Under the pieces are notes generated by a model that was not told the origin of the DNA, made no database searches, and was given only the letters and a program-made list of their open reading frames with translations. A program made the position numbers and the translations under genes. From Octopus sinensis (taxonomy: Eukaryota), in NCBI RefSeq assembly GCF_006345805.1, contig NC_043000.1:40238001-40302000 (forward strand): a stretch of 64,000 nt of DNA. The letters are read 5' to 3'. Shown piece after piece: positions 13,451-27,630 of the stretch. The number at the start of each line of letters is the position of its first letter. Position 1 is the first letter of the stretch.

Positions 13451-13825
13451 CCGAATATGCAAATCCCTTCGACAGTACTTTCTGAACAACTAGACATATA
13501 TGTACTTATTAGAGTAAATGAGTGCTTTATTGAGCAATTCGCTCAAGAGCTCAACAAAAATTTCCAAAATAGTACAAATGTTTCGTGGTTACAAAATGTA
13601 TAAGTAGTCGGAGAAAATTCATTTCAAGAAAACTACGACTGATATAAAATAAATATGAGTATACTGCCCTCACACGGTACTACAAGGAATGAGTTATTGT
13701 TTCCCTGTAAAGCTCTCAATCTGTTCAACAGGTGCAACAGGTTTATGACAGGAGAAAAATATAAATACCGACATGTTCTGTCAATATAACAGTGCAGAGC
13801 CATAACCATTATCACGACAGTGTAA

Positions 13826-14070
13826 GGTGGCGAGCTGATTGAACCGTTAGTACGCAGGTCAAAAAAGAAAATGCATATTGGATTTTCGTCCATCTTTACA
13901 TTCTGAGTTCAAATTCTGCCGTGGATCACTTTTCCTTTCATCATATCAGGGTCGATAAAATAAGTACCAGTGGAGCACTGGTAGATGGGGGTCGATGTAA
14001 TCGATTATACTCTTCCATCTAAAATTTCAGGGGATGTGCCTATAGTTGACAAGCTTATTACGACAGTGAT
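13826..14070 (+). mobile_element. tRNA-derived SINE, family B (Meta-domain-like)
   Basis: GGTGGCGAGCTG..GAGTTCAAATTC..CCTTTCATC..GGGTCGATAAAATAAGTACCAG. Confidence 0.8.
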
Positions 14071-14073
14071 TAT

Positions 14074-14360
<287 letters not shown>

Positions 14361-14929
14361 GTGTATATATATATATATATATAATATATATATATGTATG
14401 TATGTATGTATATATAGTACAAATGACAATATATATATATGTTTGTGTGTGTGTGTGTTGTAGGAGGACACAAATCAATGAAGACAAACAACGTTTATCG
14501 GAGAAAACACAAGAGATCAAGCAAACAAGCTGTTGAATAAATGAGAAATGATGTTGTATGGTTGCTTTATCTTACAAGACACTGTTATTTTACAGAAATT
14601 TGAAGACATGTCGACAGGCAAATCTGATTCTAGATTTCTAATTTACGGCGGGGGTGGAGGTTAGGATGAGCATTTACTTATTATGAGGCAGATACCATAT
14701 CCTCTTGACATTTGCTTGTCTGTACACAAACACACCCCCACACGAATGCACACTTATAACGCGTCATATGTATGCATGTATGTGTGCATGCGCGCGTGCC
14801 TGTGTATGGGTTTGTACTTATGATTGTGTGAGTGCGTTGGTGTATGCTTATATACATATATATAGGTATATATATATACACACACACATGATTTCGTGGT
14901 TCTCTCTGTCTTTCTCTCTCTCTGTCTCA

Positions 14930-14963
<34 letters not shown>

Positions 14964-15427
14964 TTGTCTGTCTGTCTCTCTCTCTCTCTAAAGAAATTGT
15001 CTATGCAATGACTATTACATACCCTTACAATACACACCAATATATGCATATATATTGCAAGCATTCAAACACATACACAAACACACACGCGCATGTGTAT
15101 ACACACACACTCGTGTATATGCATATATATATGCATATATATATGATATATATATATATATGTGTATACAATACATGTAGATGCGCACATAATGAAACAG
15201 AAACAAATGCAGCATTTACTCCCCCACGCAAACATGCAAAACCATTTGGTGCTATGGCATTTTAGTTTGAGGCATGTGTGTTGTGTGTGTGTGTGCGTGT
15301 ACGTGTGTGTAACATGCTAAATGAGTGAGTATATATTTATGCGTTTATGTGTGTGTGTACGTCTGCGTACACACTTTGGTGTTAAAAAGAAGAAAATCTA
15401 CAGAACATTGTTTTTCATACGATTATT

Positions 15428-15660
15428 CTTATTTCATTATTGCCCACAAGGGGCTAAACATAGAGGGGACAAACAAGGACAGACAAATGGATTAAGTTGA
15501 TTACATCGACCCCAGTGCGTAACTGGTACTTAATTTATCGACCCCAAAAGGATGAAAGGCAAAGTCTACCTCGGTGGGATTTGAACTCAGAACGTAACGC
15601 TGATGAAATACCGCTAAGCATTTCGCCCGGCGTGCTAACATTTCTGCCAGCTCACGGCCT
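15428..15660 (-). mobile_element. SINE family B, full length
   Basis: Reverse complement of the copy at 51808-52015. Confidence 0.88.
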
Positions 15661-16072
15661 TCCTTATGCGATTATTCTATGGTGGGTTATACCATATAAT
15701 ATTTCACTTACTAATGTTTTATGGCGGTGGTTATTAGGTATTAAAGAGGACTTTCTTCTTTCTTATTATTGACGTATATAATGAATTTCAGGTCGGTTTC
15801 TGTGATTATTACTGTATCCTCTGGAGAAAATATATAAGCAAAAAGACTGAAATGATTTCCACTTCCCGACAGTACGATAAGCCCACAACCATCGAGAATA
15901 AATTTATCAGTTTCGAACTCACTGATGTGCACTGCAAGTTCAAAAGAACACACGGTTTTTGTTATGTAATCTTGTTTGTCAATTAAATCGACACACAAAT
16001 ATGCACACACCCAAACACACGAGCACATTCATATACTTAGATCCCTTTTCTCCTCCTCTCTCTCTGCACACA

Positions 16073-16120
<48 letters not shown>

Positions 16121-17316
16121 CAGGGGTTGGACAAAATAATGGAGACACCTTAAAATTTCAAACAAATTTATTTTAATAAGGGGTAGGACTGCCTTTGGCA
16201 GTAATTCCAGCTTGAATTCTACGAGATATGGACTCGTACACAGTTTAAATTGTTTCATTTGGAATTTTGTCGATTCTTCAGCTGAAACAGTCTCCAGATC
16301 TTGTAGTGATGATGGTGGAAGATTCGACTCCTCACAATGCACCTTAAATGTTCAATATTGAGATCTGGGGACTGTGGTGGCCAGATAAAATGTTCAGCTT
16401 CACTAGAATGTTTCTCGTACCATTCAGTAACAACTTTAGCTGTGTGAATTGCTGCATTATTATCCTTAAAGATTGCATTTCCCCCCGGAAACAGTTCCGC
16501 AACCATTAATTCTACCTTGAAGGGAAACCATTAGGCCGGCGGATCATCACAAATCCTCCACCATGTTTAACAGTTGGAAAAAGGCAGTCAGGGTCAAATG
16601 CTTCTTCTGGTTGTCTCTACACGTATACTCGGCCGGTGGTCGTAAATAAGGTAAAGGATGACTCGTTCGAGAAAATAAAATTCTTCCACTGCTCAAGGGA
16701 CCAATTCTATAGGTTTTTACTCCATTCTAAACGCTTTGCAGTGTTTGTTTTTTAAAGTAGTGGTTTTCTGATTGCAGCCCTCCCGTGAAATCCGGCTTTG
16801 TGCAGCTCTCGGCGAACAGCTTTTATGGAAGCTGAGTTCTCGTGGTGGTCATGAAGCTCTGCAGTAATTTTGGGTGCTGCACTTTTGTGATCCTTTCTAA
16901 TAATTCACGTAAGAGTCCGACGGTCCAATCTGAAAGTTTTGGTTTTCTTCTGGAGTTTTGTTTCGATGAGGAGGTTTTTCCCCTCTTTCTCAAAGGCTAT
17001 CATTACTTTCGAGACAGTACTTCTTGATACACCAATCATTTCGGCTGTTTTCGTTACGCTAACGCCTGCCATACGAGCACCAACAATTTGACCTCTTTGA
17101 AATCCGATAGATCTGTTATTTTAGTGAATTTTAATTACCTTTTACTGATGATATCTGAAAAAAAAACCAGCAATTTTAGCAAAACGTATTAAGCAACACT
17201 AATAATAAACAAAAAAAAAACAACATAAAAATAAACATGCTCTTGGCGGTTTTATAGATATTTCAAAATTATGATGCTATGATGCTAGGTGTTTCCATTA
17301 TTTTGTCCAACCCCTG
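16121..17316 (-). mobile_element. Tc1-like DNA transposon, full-length termini, degenerate transposase
   Basis: 30-bp TIR CAGGGGTTGGACAAAATAATGG(A/G)ACACCT at both ends; FQRGQIVGAR..GVSRSTVS..FSNES..PTVKHGGG..DNNAAIH..WPPQSPDLN. Confidence 0.93.
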
Positions 17317-17723
17317 TATATGTATTTATATACACACATATACAGATACATAGAAAGAAAGAAAAAAAGAGAAAGAGAGGAGGCAGAGAGAAACAGACAG
17401 ATAGATAGATAGACAGACAGACAGACGAAGATAGATACATAGATAAATCATATGCCATGTCTCTAATTAAAAGCTACAAATTATTGTCGGAAATATATCA
17501 CCGTTTGTGTTCAAAATCCCTCCGCGGTCGACTCTATCATTCTTCTGGAATCGATAGAATATGTACTAGTCAGAAACTACGTTCAGCCTAATTGACAGGA
17601 CTTGTATTTATATTATAATCAATATTGTATTGTCTTTTAATGTCTGTGTGCTTTTTTTAAATGACACTACATTTTATTATTGTCTATGTGGAGCATATTT
17701 CCCACAGTACGTAAGTATAAATT

Positions 17724-17845
<122 letters not shown>

Positions 17846-18618
17846 AATAAATTTATTTATGAGTGCTATTGTTTCTTGCGTGTCTGCATATATACTCTTT
17901 TTTACTCTTTTTTTTTGTGTGTGTGCGTTTATTTATATCTACAGTTTGTGAGATGTCTGTTTTGTATTGAACAAAGTCTTGAGAAGCGAAATGATGGACT
18001 TCATTTGATTGTGTTAATTCTATTATTTTAATTATCTTGTGAAAGGTTTTATCGTATATAGCAGTGACTGTGTGAAATATTTCTTGTGGGTTGCGAAGTA
18101 ATCGTTAGCTATGCATAATACCCGTTTTGTGAGTTATTATATAGGAAAATTAACTGTGGGATCCGACGTTACCTGGATTCCAGAAATGTAGAAATCTATT
18201 CTCTTAATTATAAATGGCAAGGTTGTGTGTAGTCATTTTATAGTACTTATATTTACATACATTTTAATTTTAATGAAGATAAATGTCGTATAACTTTCAG
18301 GCTTTCAGGTGGGAAGTTTTTGAGATTATTATGCTTATCTTGGAAATTGCAAAATGTAAGAACTCTCACACAATCGCAGCAAAAATATTGTTGGAAGAAA
18401 ATGTTTCAAAGAAACTGGATATTCTGTCACTAAAAAATGATTTTGCTCGTTGAAAGATATCTGGTATGCTAGATAATATTTAAAAAAAAAGGAAATCAAA
18501 GCTTCCCTAACTTTAATATTCAACATGACGCGTTCGCGCACGCTCAGAAACACACTCACACAGACACACAAACACACTCATGCATACATATATGTATTTA
18601 TGCATGTCCATCTATCTT

Positions 18619-18678
<60 letters not shown>

Positions 18679-18777
18679 CCCTTTCTCTCTTTCTCTCTTT
18701 CTCAAAAAAACAACAACAAGGCGAGGACGTGGTACATGAAAAGTATTAGCAGGCGCTCAGGGAAGGAAAGAAAGATG

Positions 18778-18812
18778 GTTTAACGTTTCGAGCAAAGCCC
18801 TTCTTCAGAAAC
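18778..18812 (-). ncRNA. Minimal type I hammerhead ribozyme, canonical core
   Basis: Minus strand GTTT-CTGAAGA-A-GGGC(TTT)GCTC-GAAA-CG-TT-AAAC, within an approximately 170-bp repeat (18720-18885) abutting (TA)n. Confidence 0.75.
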
Positions 18813-18889
18813 GGAGGAAAGTCCAATAGAAAAAGAAGACGGAGGAAAACAAATCGCCAACGATTCACATGTGGTTACATTTTGAATCT

Positions 18890-18921
<32 letters not shown>

Positions 18922-18982
18922 ATGCATATATACAAGGAAAAATCTTTAATGAACACCCTTGTATATATATATAATAATATAT

Positions 18983-20053
18983 AATTGTCTAAAGTCGTAA
19001 GACGCCCCCTGTTTTGTCATGCTTACCATACTTGTTTTTTATTTCTATTTTGTTTCTTGTATTTATATCGTGTGCATCCTGTCTTGTTTCGTATACATTC
19101 GATCCTCTTTCCAGAAATCTAATGCCTGTGGCTTTGTTTTTCATTGGGGCTGGCCGGTTCGGAGTGATATCAAGATAAACAGCCGAAATTGCTAAGATGA
19201 CCGGTTCGACTGAAGATTAGAGGCTTCGAGTACCCTCTGTTTTTTTTGTGTCGTCTCTTTGTGTGTTTTTGCGTTCTTGTCCCACTTTGTAATTTATATT
19301 TTATATTTAATTCTATACATATATTACTGCGGCGTAACGTACCCCTATCGCTATGTATACACATTTTACCTTGTACGACGCCTTTACACACACTCTCTCT
19401 ATAGTCTGTATCTTTTCTTTCCTGCTCTGATTCGTCCCCTATTCTTATTGCACCGTCATTTCTATTGCTAAGCCAATCCGTTTCTTCTCCCCTCTTTGCT
19501 TCCTTCCTTCTCTCTCTCTCCCCCCTGGTGCCTTCGTCCCTTTCTTTCTCTCTCTCTTTTGATCCTTGCTCCCTGTTTTTTTTCTTCTCTTTCTTCCGTG
19601 CTCTCAGGTGACCGCATTCAACCGGTCTTTTCGGCTTGACTGCTGCCATGTTAACGTTTGTTTTCGTTTTGCCGCAAAGGCATTTTTCAAATACGCCAGC
19701 CAAGATGTGTTAAAATTGCCTAAAGTCTTAAGCCGCCCGCTTTTTGTCCTGCTTACATTCTTGTTTTTTATTTCTATTTTTTGTTTCTTGTATTTATATT
19801 CGTGTGGCACCCTGTCTTTGTTTCGTATACATTCGATCCTCTTTCCAAGAAATCTAATGCTGTGGCTTAGTTTTTCATTGGGGCTGGCGGTTCGGAGTGA
19901 TATCGAGATTAAACAGCCGAAATTGCTAAGATGATCCGGCTCCGACTGAAGATTTGAGGCTTCGAGTGACCGTCTGTTTTTTTTGTGTCGTCTCTTTGTG
20001 TTTTTTGCGTTCTTGTCCCACTTTGTATTTATATTTTATATTTAATTTCTATA
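18983..20053. mobile_element. Unclassified non-coding element with about 335-bp direct repeats (18983-19317, 19714-20053) in (TA)n
   Basis: The two copies align throughout, with small indels; about 400 bp unique interior; no TG..CA ends. Confidence 0.7.
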
Positions 20054-20069
20054 TATATATATATAATAT

Positions 20070-20114
<45 letters not shown>

Positions 20115-20199
20115 AATATGTATCTGTATATGTATTGTATATGAATAGTGGTATATAATATATATGCGTGTGTGTGTGTGTGTGTTTCTATGTATCTTG

Positions 20200-20760
20200 C
20201 AATGCGTAGGTCTTTGTAAAGCACAGCGAAAAGAGACGATATATTTGAATGGTCTTTTCGAGGAAATGGTACCTGCATAAGTGGTAGAGCTACGGCAATT
20301 CAGGGTGGTAGATGAATTATTTTAGCAGAACTGTTAAATGTCACACTTTGCGTAAATTATTTGCGCTCTCTGAATCATAAGCATGCTTTATATACGATGA
20401 TGCTGCCTTCAGCTCTCATATCCATTCTCAGTGATGCAAAGAGATCTTTGTCATATCTAGTCCTTGGGACACAACTAAATTGCGTTTGTTGTGTCAATAA
20501 TTAAAGGCTGATCGTTAGCGCTGCAGTAACGAGAAGGTTGAACTAAAATAGATCCTTTTAAAAATAAAGAAATAAAGTTTACAAACTAACTCTCTAACAG
20601 TAAATAGAGAGCAATATTAGACTACTTGAGTGATATTTCTTGTGGCTCACTTGAATCAAGATGTAATTTGAAGGCAACCTAAATACCGTTAAAGATTTCG
20701 CCAAAACGTAAAAACCACTCCAAATGTAACTTCAGTTATTGAATAAAAGAAATTAAAGAG
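20200..20760 (-). mobile_element. Possible ancient RTE-like LINE remnant
   Basis: Weak traces such as NGYES* (compare LYGxETW) and YRL; heavily decayed. Confidence 0.3.
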
Positions 20761-21449
20761 GGTAGTTATGACAGTTTTAAGACTATGAGTGAAATTATTA
20801 TGCTGCTTGCAACAATGTATGATGACCTATAAGCTTTTAATTTCACAGCCAGACAGCCAACACAGCCAGACAGAAGAAAGGGATGTATCGGGAGAAGAGG
20901 TTTGAGAATTCCTAGTGTAGAATATAGTATAGTGCACGTGTCATTGCATTGGAATATAATTCTCAAGAATATAAGTTGTGTGTACCGTGTTAGCATACAG
21001 GGAAGAGGGGGTGACTGTAGAATAAAAATTGGAACACCAGGAAATGCTGAAATTAATCGCAGGGCATAGTGGAAAAGATTTCAGGAAAAATTTACGCAAC
21101 TTTAAAGAAAAAAAAATCAAAGCAAAAAACAAAAGCTGTAATCAAAGAATTAACATATTCTGAAGAAAAGAAAAAAAACGTACATATAACACACATATTG
21201 CAGTTAGTTTTCCACTTTTCTACCTCTCGCTTTGCTAGTATGACGTCAGTCGCTATCGTTGCTCTTCTCTACCTCCCTTTTTAATGGTGTCTATATCTTC
21301 CTTATCCACCTCAGCCACAAACAGTTCGTACTTATGTAGCCTGGTTGTTGTGTCTACACGTCCACCTATCTAATTTGGAGATAAAATATGTTGCCTCTTG
21401 AGAATAATCATCGTACTGACTCTCATTTACTGATTACATTCGCTTGTTT

Positions 21450-21908
21450 GCGCTACGGATACTGTTAGTTGTCATACTTGGTTTGGTTTCACCTATGACC
21501 CAAGTTAGTACAAGTGACAATAGGAGCCAAGCTCAAATGAAAGCTGTCAGAAAAAAATGACAAATATGTGGAATATAATTTTATATCTGTCTTAGACACC
21601 TTGGTGGTCCTGATGAAACAGAGTGTGTTTTGTAACTTTATAGTGTGAAGTTCGAATTATAAATTCGCAAGAATTCCACGGTAATTAAAAGGCAAACAGT
21701 CTGACAATTTGTTCGATATGAAGAAAAAAACTATTCCAGTTAGATTCTGCCTCTCACCAAAACCAATTCTTGAATCTTGTTGAAGAGGGGTGTATTTATA
21801 TTAAGGAAAAATCTATCCCTGTGAACCAAAGAAGATTGCCAAACCACTTCAAGGATAAGAAAATTTGAGTCACTATCTCTGTCTGTCTGTCTGTCTGTCT
21901 GTCTGTCG

Positions 21909-21940
<32 letters not shown>

Positions 21941-21943
21941 CCC

Positions 21944-21982
<39 letters not shown>

Positions 21983-23119
21983 CATTCATTCATTCAATAC
22001 GCCCACTCTCTTTCCAGTATCATTGCAATCGAAAAATACAGAAATGTGGGATGATGTCCTCGTTTACCTGATAAAGGAAATGAAACGACAAATATGTTTC
22101 ATTAGAATTCAATTAGATGAATCGGCTGTCGTCTTAAATACGTGCCAATTGGATGTATGTAATCGATATGTGCTCGATGATACACCTTGAAATATGAATT
22201 TATTTTGTGCGTCAACCATGTTGACATTTTGAACATAATGAAATGTTGTGGAAAATCCTTGAGAGCTGAGTATATTGATGGTGCACTACCGATGACTGAA
22301 CACAATTCCAGTTTTGCAGTTCTGGTGAAGCTGAGAGTTCTTCACATAAATATTTTACCACAGTATGCTTCATCGGTAGGAAATTACTGTGAAGACTTTA
22401 CAACTGAAATTTTAAGAAATCATGGATGTTGTTATTAAAACTTCAAATTTCATTATCAGTTACAGGATTACAAGAAATTGAGAAGTGAATATCAAATTTT
22501 GTTTTTCCACCTTGTAGTGTATTAACTTTTATGAAGTAGGATTTTCAATGGAATTGTTATTATGTCTAAGGAAATAGCCATTTTTAAAAATCGAAAACAG
22601 AAATAATTCGGTAGAAAACTTTAAGAGCCATTAATTCATTTTGTCCGTTGTTTATTTCTTAAACTTATTAGACCATCAGAATAAAGAGAAACTCACAATG
22701 AAGATGCTGGAAGCAAACAGGTTGCAGTATCTTGATATGGTTGAGTTATTTGATAAAAAGGTCTCACTTTGGAAACTCCAAATTGAAAAAGATCTATCGT
22801 CGTTTCACCTTTTTGTGGAAAGAATCAGGGAACATTTGGAAATCGATCCATCATTGAAAAAAAGAGGCCGGTATCATCAAACGGAGCTTCAGAATATGTT
22901 AGAGAAATATATTCTCTTTTACTTGTTTCAGCCATTTGACTGCGGCCATGCTGGAGCACCACCGTTAGTCGAGCAAACTGACCCCAGGACTTATTCTTTG
23001 TAAGCCTAGTACTTATTCTATCGGTCTCTTTTGCCAAACCACTAAGTTATGGGGACGTAAACACACCAGCATCGGTTGTCAAATGATGTTGGGTGACAAA
23101 CGCAGACACACAAACATTT

Positions 23120-23170
<51 letters not shown>

Positions 23171-23720
23171 CATATATACGGCGGGCTTCCTTCAGTTTCC
23201 GTCTACCAAATCCACTGACAAGGCTTTGGTCGGCCCGCAGCTATAGTAGAAGACACTTGTCCAAAGTGACACGCAGTGGGACTGAACCCTGAACCATGTG
23301 GTTGATAAACAAACTACTTACCACCCAGCCACTCCTACTGAAAGAAACTTGACAACAGGATCCGGCGACCCATCTTGTCGGGCGTGGACGATGACTTTAA
23401 AGTGAAATTGTTGGAATAACAGTAACGAAGCCATTAAAATTTTTTCCTATCGCTTTCCTTGATAGAATTCTGGTTAAAACAGCTAAATGTTTGCAAAGAT
23501 AGCGCTGAAATCAATAATTCTGCTTAACACAACTTATCTATGTGAGACTGTATTTTCTACTATGCAGCATATAAAAATACTGCATTTTATACTATGCTGC
23601 CTACTAAAAGAGAATCAAACCAAGAACAGAATGGAATTAGGTCTCGTTCATGGAAGAAGATTGGCGCTCGTCATCAAACGTCAGCAAATTAATGAAAACT
23701 AAACAACCACCGAGTCACTA
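21450..23720 (+). mobile_element. hAT (Buster/ZBED5-like) transposase fossil, interrupted by a microsatellite and a SINE
   Basis: IQLDES..CQL..RYV..YEFILC, IDGALPM..SSF..LVK, and the dimerization motif TTYLCETVFSTMQHIK. Confidence 0.75.
22914..23337 (-). mobile_element. SINE family A, full length
   Basis: Aligns with 6561-6948 and 42882-43378; internal (CA)n. Confidence 0.88.
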
Positions 23721-24299
23721 ATTTTGTTTGTTCACTATTTTTTGCAAGCTATGTTCACTGTTAAATCTAGAAAGACGGTGATTTTCATGAAGCTGCTAAT
23801 TATCTATCAATTTTCCTTAATCATATTTATTTTCCTTTTTCTTTCCTAGTTTCTACAACAATAAAATGTCTAATAAGCACATTCGAATTAAAATTCAATC
23901 TCATTTGAATACCACAGCAGAAGATTAAAGGAGAAATACGGATCAAATTCGATTTGTCATTAAAAGTGGGCGCTGGATTGACGAAAGATTGACACTGGTG
24001 TTCACAATGTCGTGTAGGCTGTGTTATCGTATACAGTGGTAGTTTTGTATAATATACTTTAAATGAATTTTTATTGTACAATGGAAATAAAAGCATAGAA
24101 CGTGTTGTGGAAGTTACTATATAAAGAAGTGATCATGTTGTGGGAGTGTAGGGAAATAATTCAGCTGTTAGTGTTGTGGTTATAATAGATAGGAAGTGAC
24201 TGTAGAGGATATGTATTGTGTAAATTGTGATATCAAATCGCAAGTATTTTCTATGAAAGGTGTATCTTGTCAAATAAGACATATTTTTATTAAATGTAA

Positions 24300-24941
24300 A
24301 GTCGGAAGCAATCATATGGTTTTTTTCATGTTTTAGCTTATATTTCTTTTACTTTTAATGATTCTCAATGGATGAATTATTATTGATGCAGTTTTTACTC
24401 AAAACCCTATCTCAAGCTGTCTCCATTTCATGCTCTTTGCATTTTGTTTATCTCCATCTTCTCTTCGGTCAATGTTTCGGTCCGAAAGGATTGACTTATG
24501 GATAAAATTTACTTTGCCTTTGATTATGATACCCAAGAATGTTTTCTTTTTTACTTCTTTATCAATTTAGACCGACAGGAATGTCTCAGAGTTTCATGGC
24601 TTTGTCATTCTCTCATACTGGCTTTGATGCTTCATAACATTTTTTATTTTCGCTTTCCATGCAGGAATGACTGTATATTATCTAATGGACGTAACTACTA
24701 AATGCAGATATATTACTATAAGTAGATATACAACTATACGTTGATTTACTCTATCTTCGTGACGATTGCGATGGCACAAATGATGGGTTCCATTACTCCT
24801 TTGGTGCAAACTTTGTTCTTCATTGTTTTATTATGGAAGTCATTTATTGTTAGATATTGATTTTACACAAGAATCACTTACGGGGACTTTTTGGTTTTAT
24901 TCCCACTTTATATATATATAGTGGCTAGCGATCTATCATGG

Positions 24942-24994
<53 letters not shown>

Positions 24995-25920
24995 GGCTCA
25001 TAATATAATGGCTCATATCTTTCCTGTCTAGTCTTGCAGGAAACTCACCATGGCGAGGTTAGTTCTTTCCATTTAGTATTTAATATCCTTTGAAGATTCC
25101 CTTTTATATTCATACCTTTTGCGTTTTCTATTGTTTTGTCTTCATCCAAAACGTTTCCCTCCAAGTAATTCTATTTTGCACTTCATTCCTTGTTTAGTTC
25201 CAGCCTGTGAGTTGCGGCCTTAAAGGCAATTAAAAAATTTCCTTTTTCCTTTTCAGATTTTTTTTTAATACATTCTTATTATAATTTCAGTCTACCTCTT
25301 TCTAGTTTATAAGTATTTTTCAAGACCCATAGTGGCTATTGTGTATAGTTCGCTAGAAGTATAAAGCTTTTTTCCTTTCTGTGTGTGTGTGGTAGGTACA
25401 CCATATCATTATCAGCTTTAAAATGATGCATTCGGAATGCTGTGAGAAATTTTACTGTTTTTCCTATCTGACTTATACAGTTCACTTAACTTCCAATCTA
25501 TTATATGAAAGTTTAGTTTATCACTGGGATTACCATAGTATTCATATTTATCTTATTTATGGCACTAAGTTCGTATGTTTCTTGACTGATTCTTTCATTT
25601 TATTCTTTTCTAGTTTTCCTATTTTTCCTGTGCTGTATCGTATCAGTTTCAACTACACCTAAGTACTTTTATAGGCTGTTCTGTTTTAAGCTTCTTCTTC
25701 TTGTTGTTATTATTTAGGGATATAACCATAACTTCAGTTTCAGTTTTAATTAATTTTCCCATTGTTTCAGAAGATATTTGACAGTTAATTAATCGCATAA
25801 TTATTTTCATATCATTACTGAATCCATCTGTTGTTTCAGTAAGTTTTCAAGCTGGAATGGGGCGTGTTTCTTATTTGTAGTTATAAATCATCCCCGCAGA
25901 AAAGATGCTTTATGCATAGT
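24300..25920 (-). mobile_element. Old R4/Dong-like LINE remnant
   Basis: Minus strand traces HLFCGDDL*L (compare HLLYMDDLKL), KWKE..HGEF and ENDK..L*D. Confidence 0.5.
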
Positions 25921-25967
25921 TTGTCGTATAAGAATCCTGTCTGGTTTTGAATTTTATTTGAATTATT

Positions 25968-26180
25968 GGTTTCAAATTTTGGCACAAGACCAGCAATTTA
26001 GGTGGAGGGGATAAATCGATTCTATTGGCCCCAGTGCTAACTGATATTTATTTTATTGACACTTAAAGATGAAAGGCAAAGTGGACCTCGGTGGAATTTG
26101 AGCTCAGAACGTAAGGACAGACGAAATGCTGTTAAGCATTTTGTCCGGCGTGCTAACGATTCAGCTAGCTCACCGCCTTA
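25968..26180 (-). mobile_element. SINE family B
   Basis: GATGAAAGGCAAAG..GAATTTGAGCTCAGAACG..CAGCTAGCTCACCGCC. Confidence 0.8.
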
Positions 26181-26279
26181 TTTTACTTAAATTATTAATC
26201 ATAATAGCGGGATACGAGGAAATTCCACGGAACGAAAAAGATTAAGAGAAGCTATTTAAGAAAGAAAAGCTGATTTTGC

Positions 26280-26401
26280 ATTATCATCATCATCATGATT
26301 ATTGTTGTTGTTGTTGTTGTTGTTGCTGTTGTTGTTGTTGCTGTTGTTGTTGTTGTTATTGTTGTTGTTGTTGTTGTTATATTATTATATTATTATTATT
26401 A

Positions 26402-26462
<61 letters not shown>
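26280..26462. repeat. (TTG)n/(TTA)n microsatellite
   Basis: Direct observation. Confidence 0.95.
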
Positions 26463-26463
<1 letters not shown>

Positions 26464-27630
26464 CACTTCCAGCCACAATAATATATTATATGGTTTTAAA
26501 ATTTCCCTCTGCTAAAAACTTTATATTTCTCTCCTTCTCTCTATCTCTTCATCGCCTCTCTCTTCCACTAACCACATGAGTGCCAGCATAGTGCATCGGC
26601 TGGCTTTCTGCTCTCTCACTCTCTCTCTTCACCTCCTCCTCCTCTCTAACAAACTAAAGCGTGAAGTATCAAAGAACAGGCAGAAGAATAATATTATAGA
26701 TTTAGTTCAAGAAAAAAATACATTTCACTCTCAACATATTACCACTACCACCACCATGAGTAACAAAGCTCATTTCCTTTCAGTTCAGTTCAGCTGTTTG
26801 TTTATATCTACTTTTTCTTACTGTTGATGTATCTCTACTTAGACAATACAAACTATCTCCCTCCCTCTCTCTCTCACTCTTTCTCCCCCTCTCTCCCTCC
26901 TCCCCCTCTCTCTCTCTCACACACCACACGCTCTTAATGTAGCTGCCTTCCCAGTCCATCTCTCTCTATTTGCCTCTCTTTAAACTCACCCACAGAATAT
27001 CACCGTCTGCTAAATATTGCATCCTAAACATATCTCTTTCCCATTACCTTTCTTTCCCTACCCTACAGCACGTTATTAACACTTCTCTCTCCCTCTTTTC
27101 TCTCTCTCTCTTCTCTCGTTCTTCGCCTCTCCTTTCAACCAACCACGTGATGCACTTGGGCTTATACATCTTTCTCTACTTCTTCCTCACTTCTTTCATT
27201 GTTACTCACACTTCCCCCTCTCTCATTTTTACTCCACCCCTCACCCATCCAGCTCCACCCCTCTAACTAACTAAAGTATAACATACGAACGAACAAGCAG
27301 ATTAGTACATAGATTTTTAAAGAGATTCTTAATTTTATTGCACGCTTTTTACTGCACAACTAAATGCAGACCCGTATATCTTGTGTACATTTAGTAATTT
27401 GTTATTTTCTATTAGACTAAAAATCCTCTATTTAGTATGTGTGCAATGTCTATTATTTTTGTTTTCCGTATGTAGGTATATATCCAAGTACTGGAATTTT
27501 ATTTATGTATTCGTCTGTATTTTTTATTCATTTAAAAACAATTTTTTGATCACCTAGTAATGTAAGAACTATTTCTGGTTTTCATTCTCACATTTTGCTA
27601 ATTTTAATCTCTAGATCTCTATGTTTCGAT

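Noticed and set aside
19880-19935. Hammerhead in the 18983-20053 repeat (GGCTG..CAGCC-GAAA-TTGC-TA)
   Set aside because: No CUGANGA box upstream of the stem in either copy
25030-25060. APE endonuclease motif LQETH on +, or splice donor on -
   Set aside because: Better explained as minus-strand Dong sequence (KWKE..HGEF)
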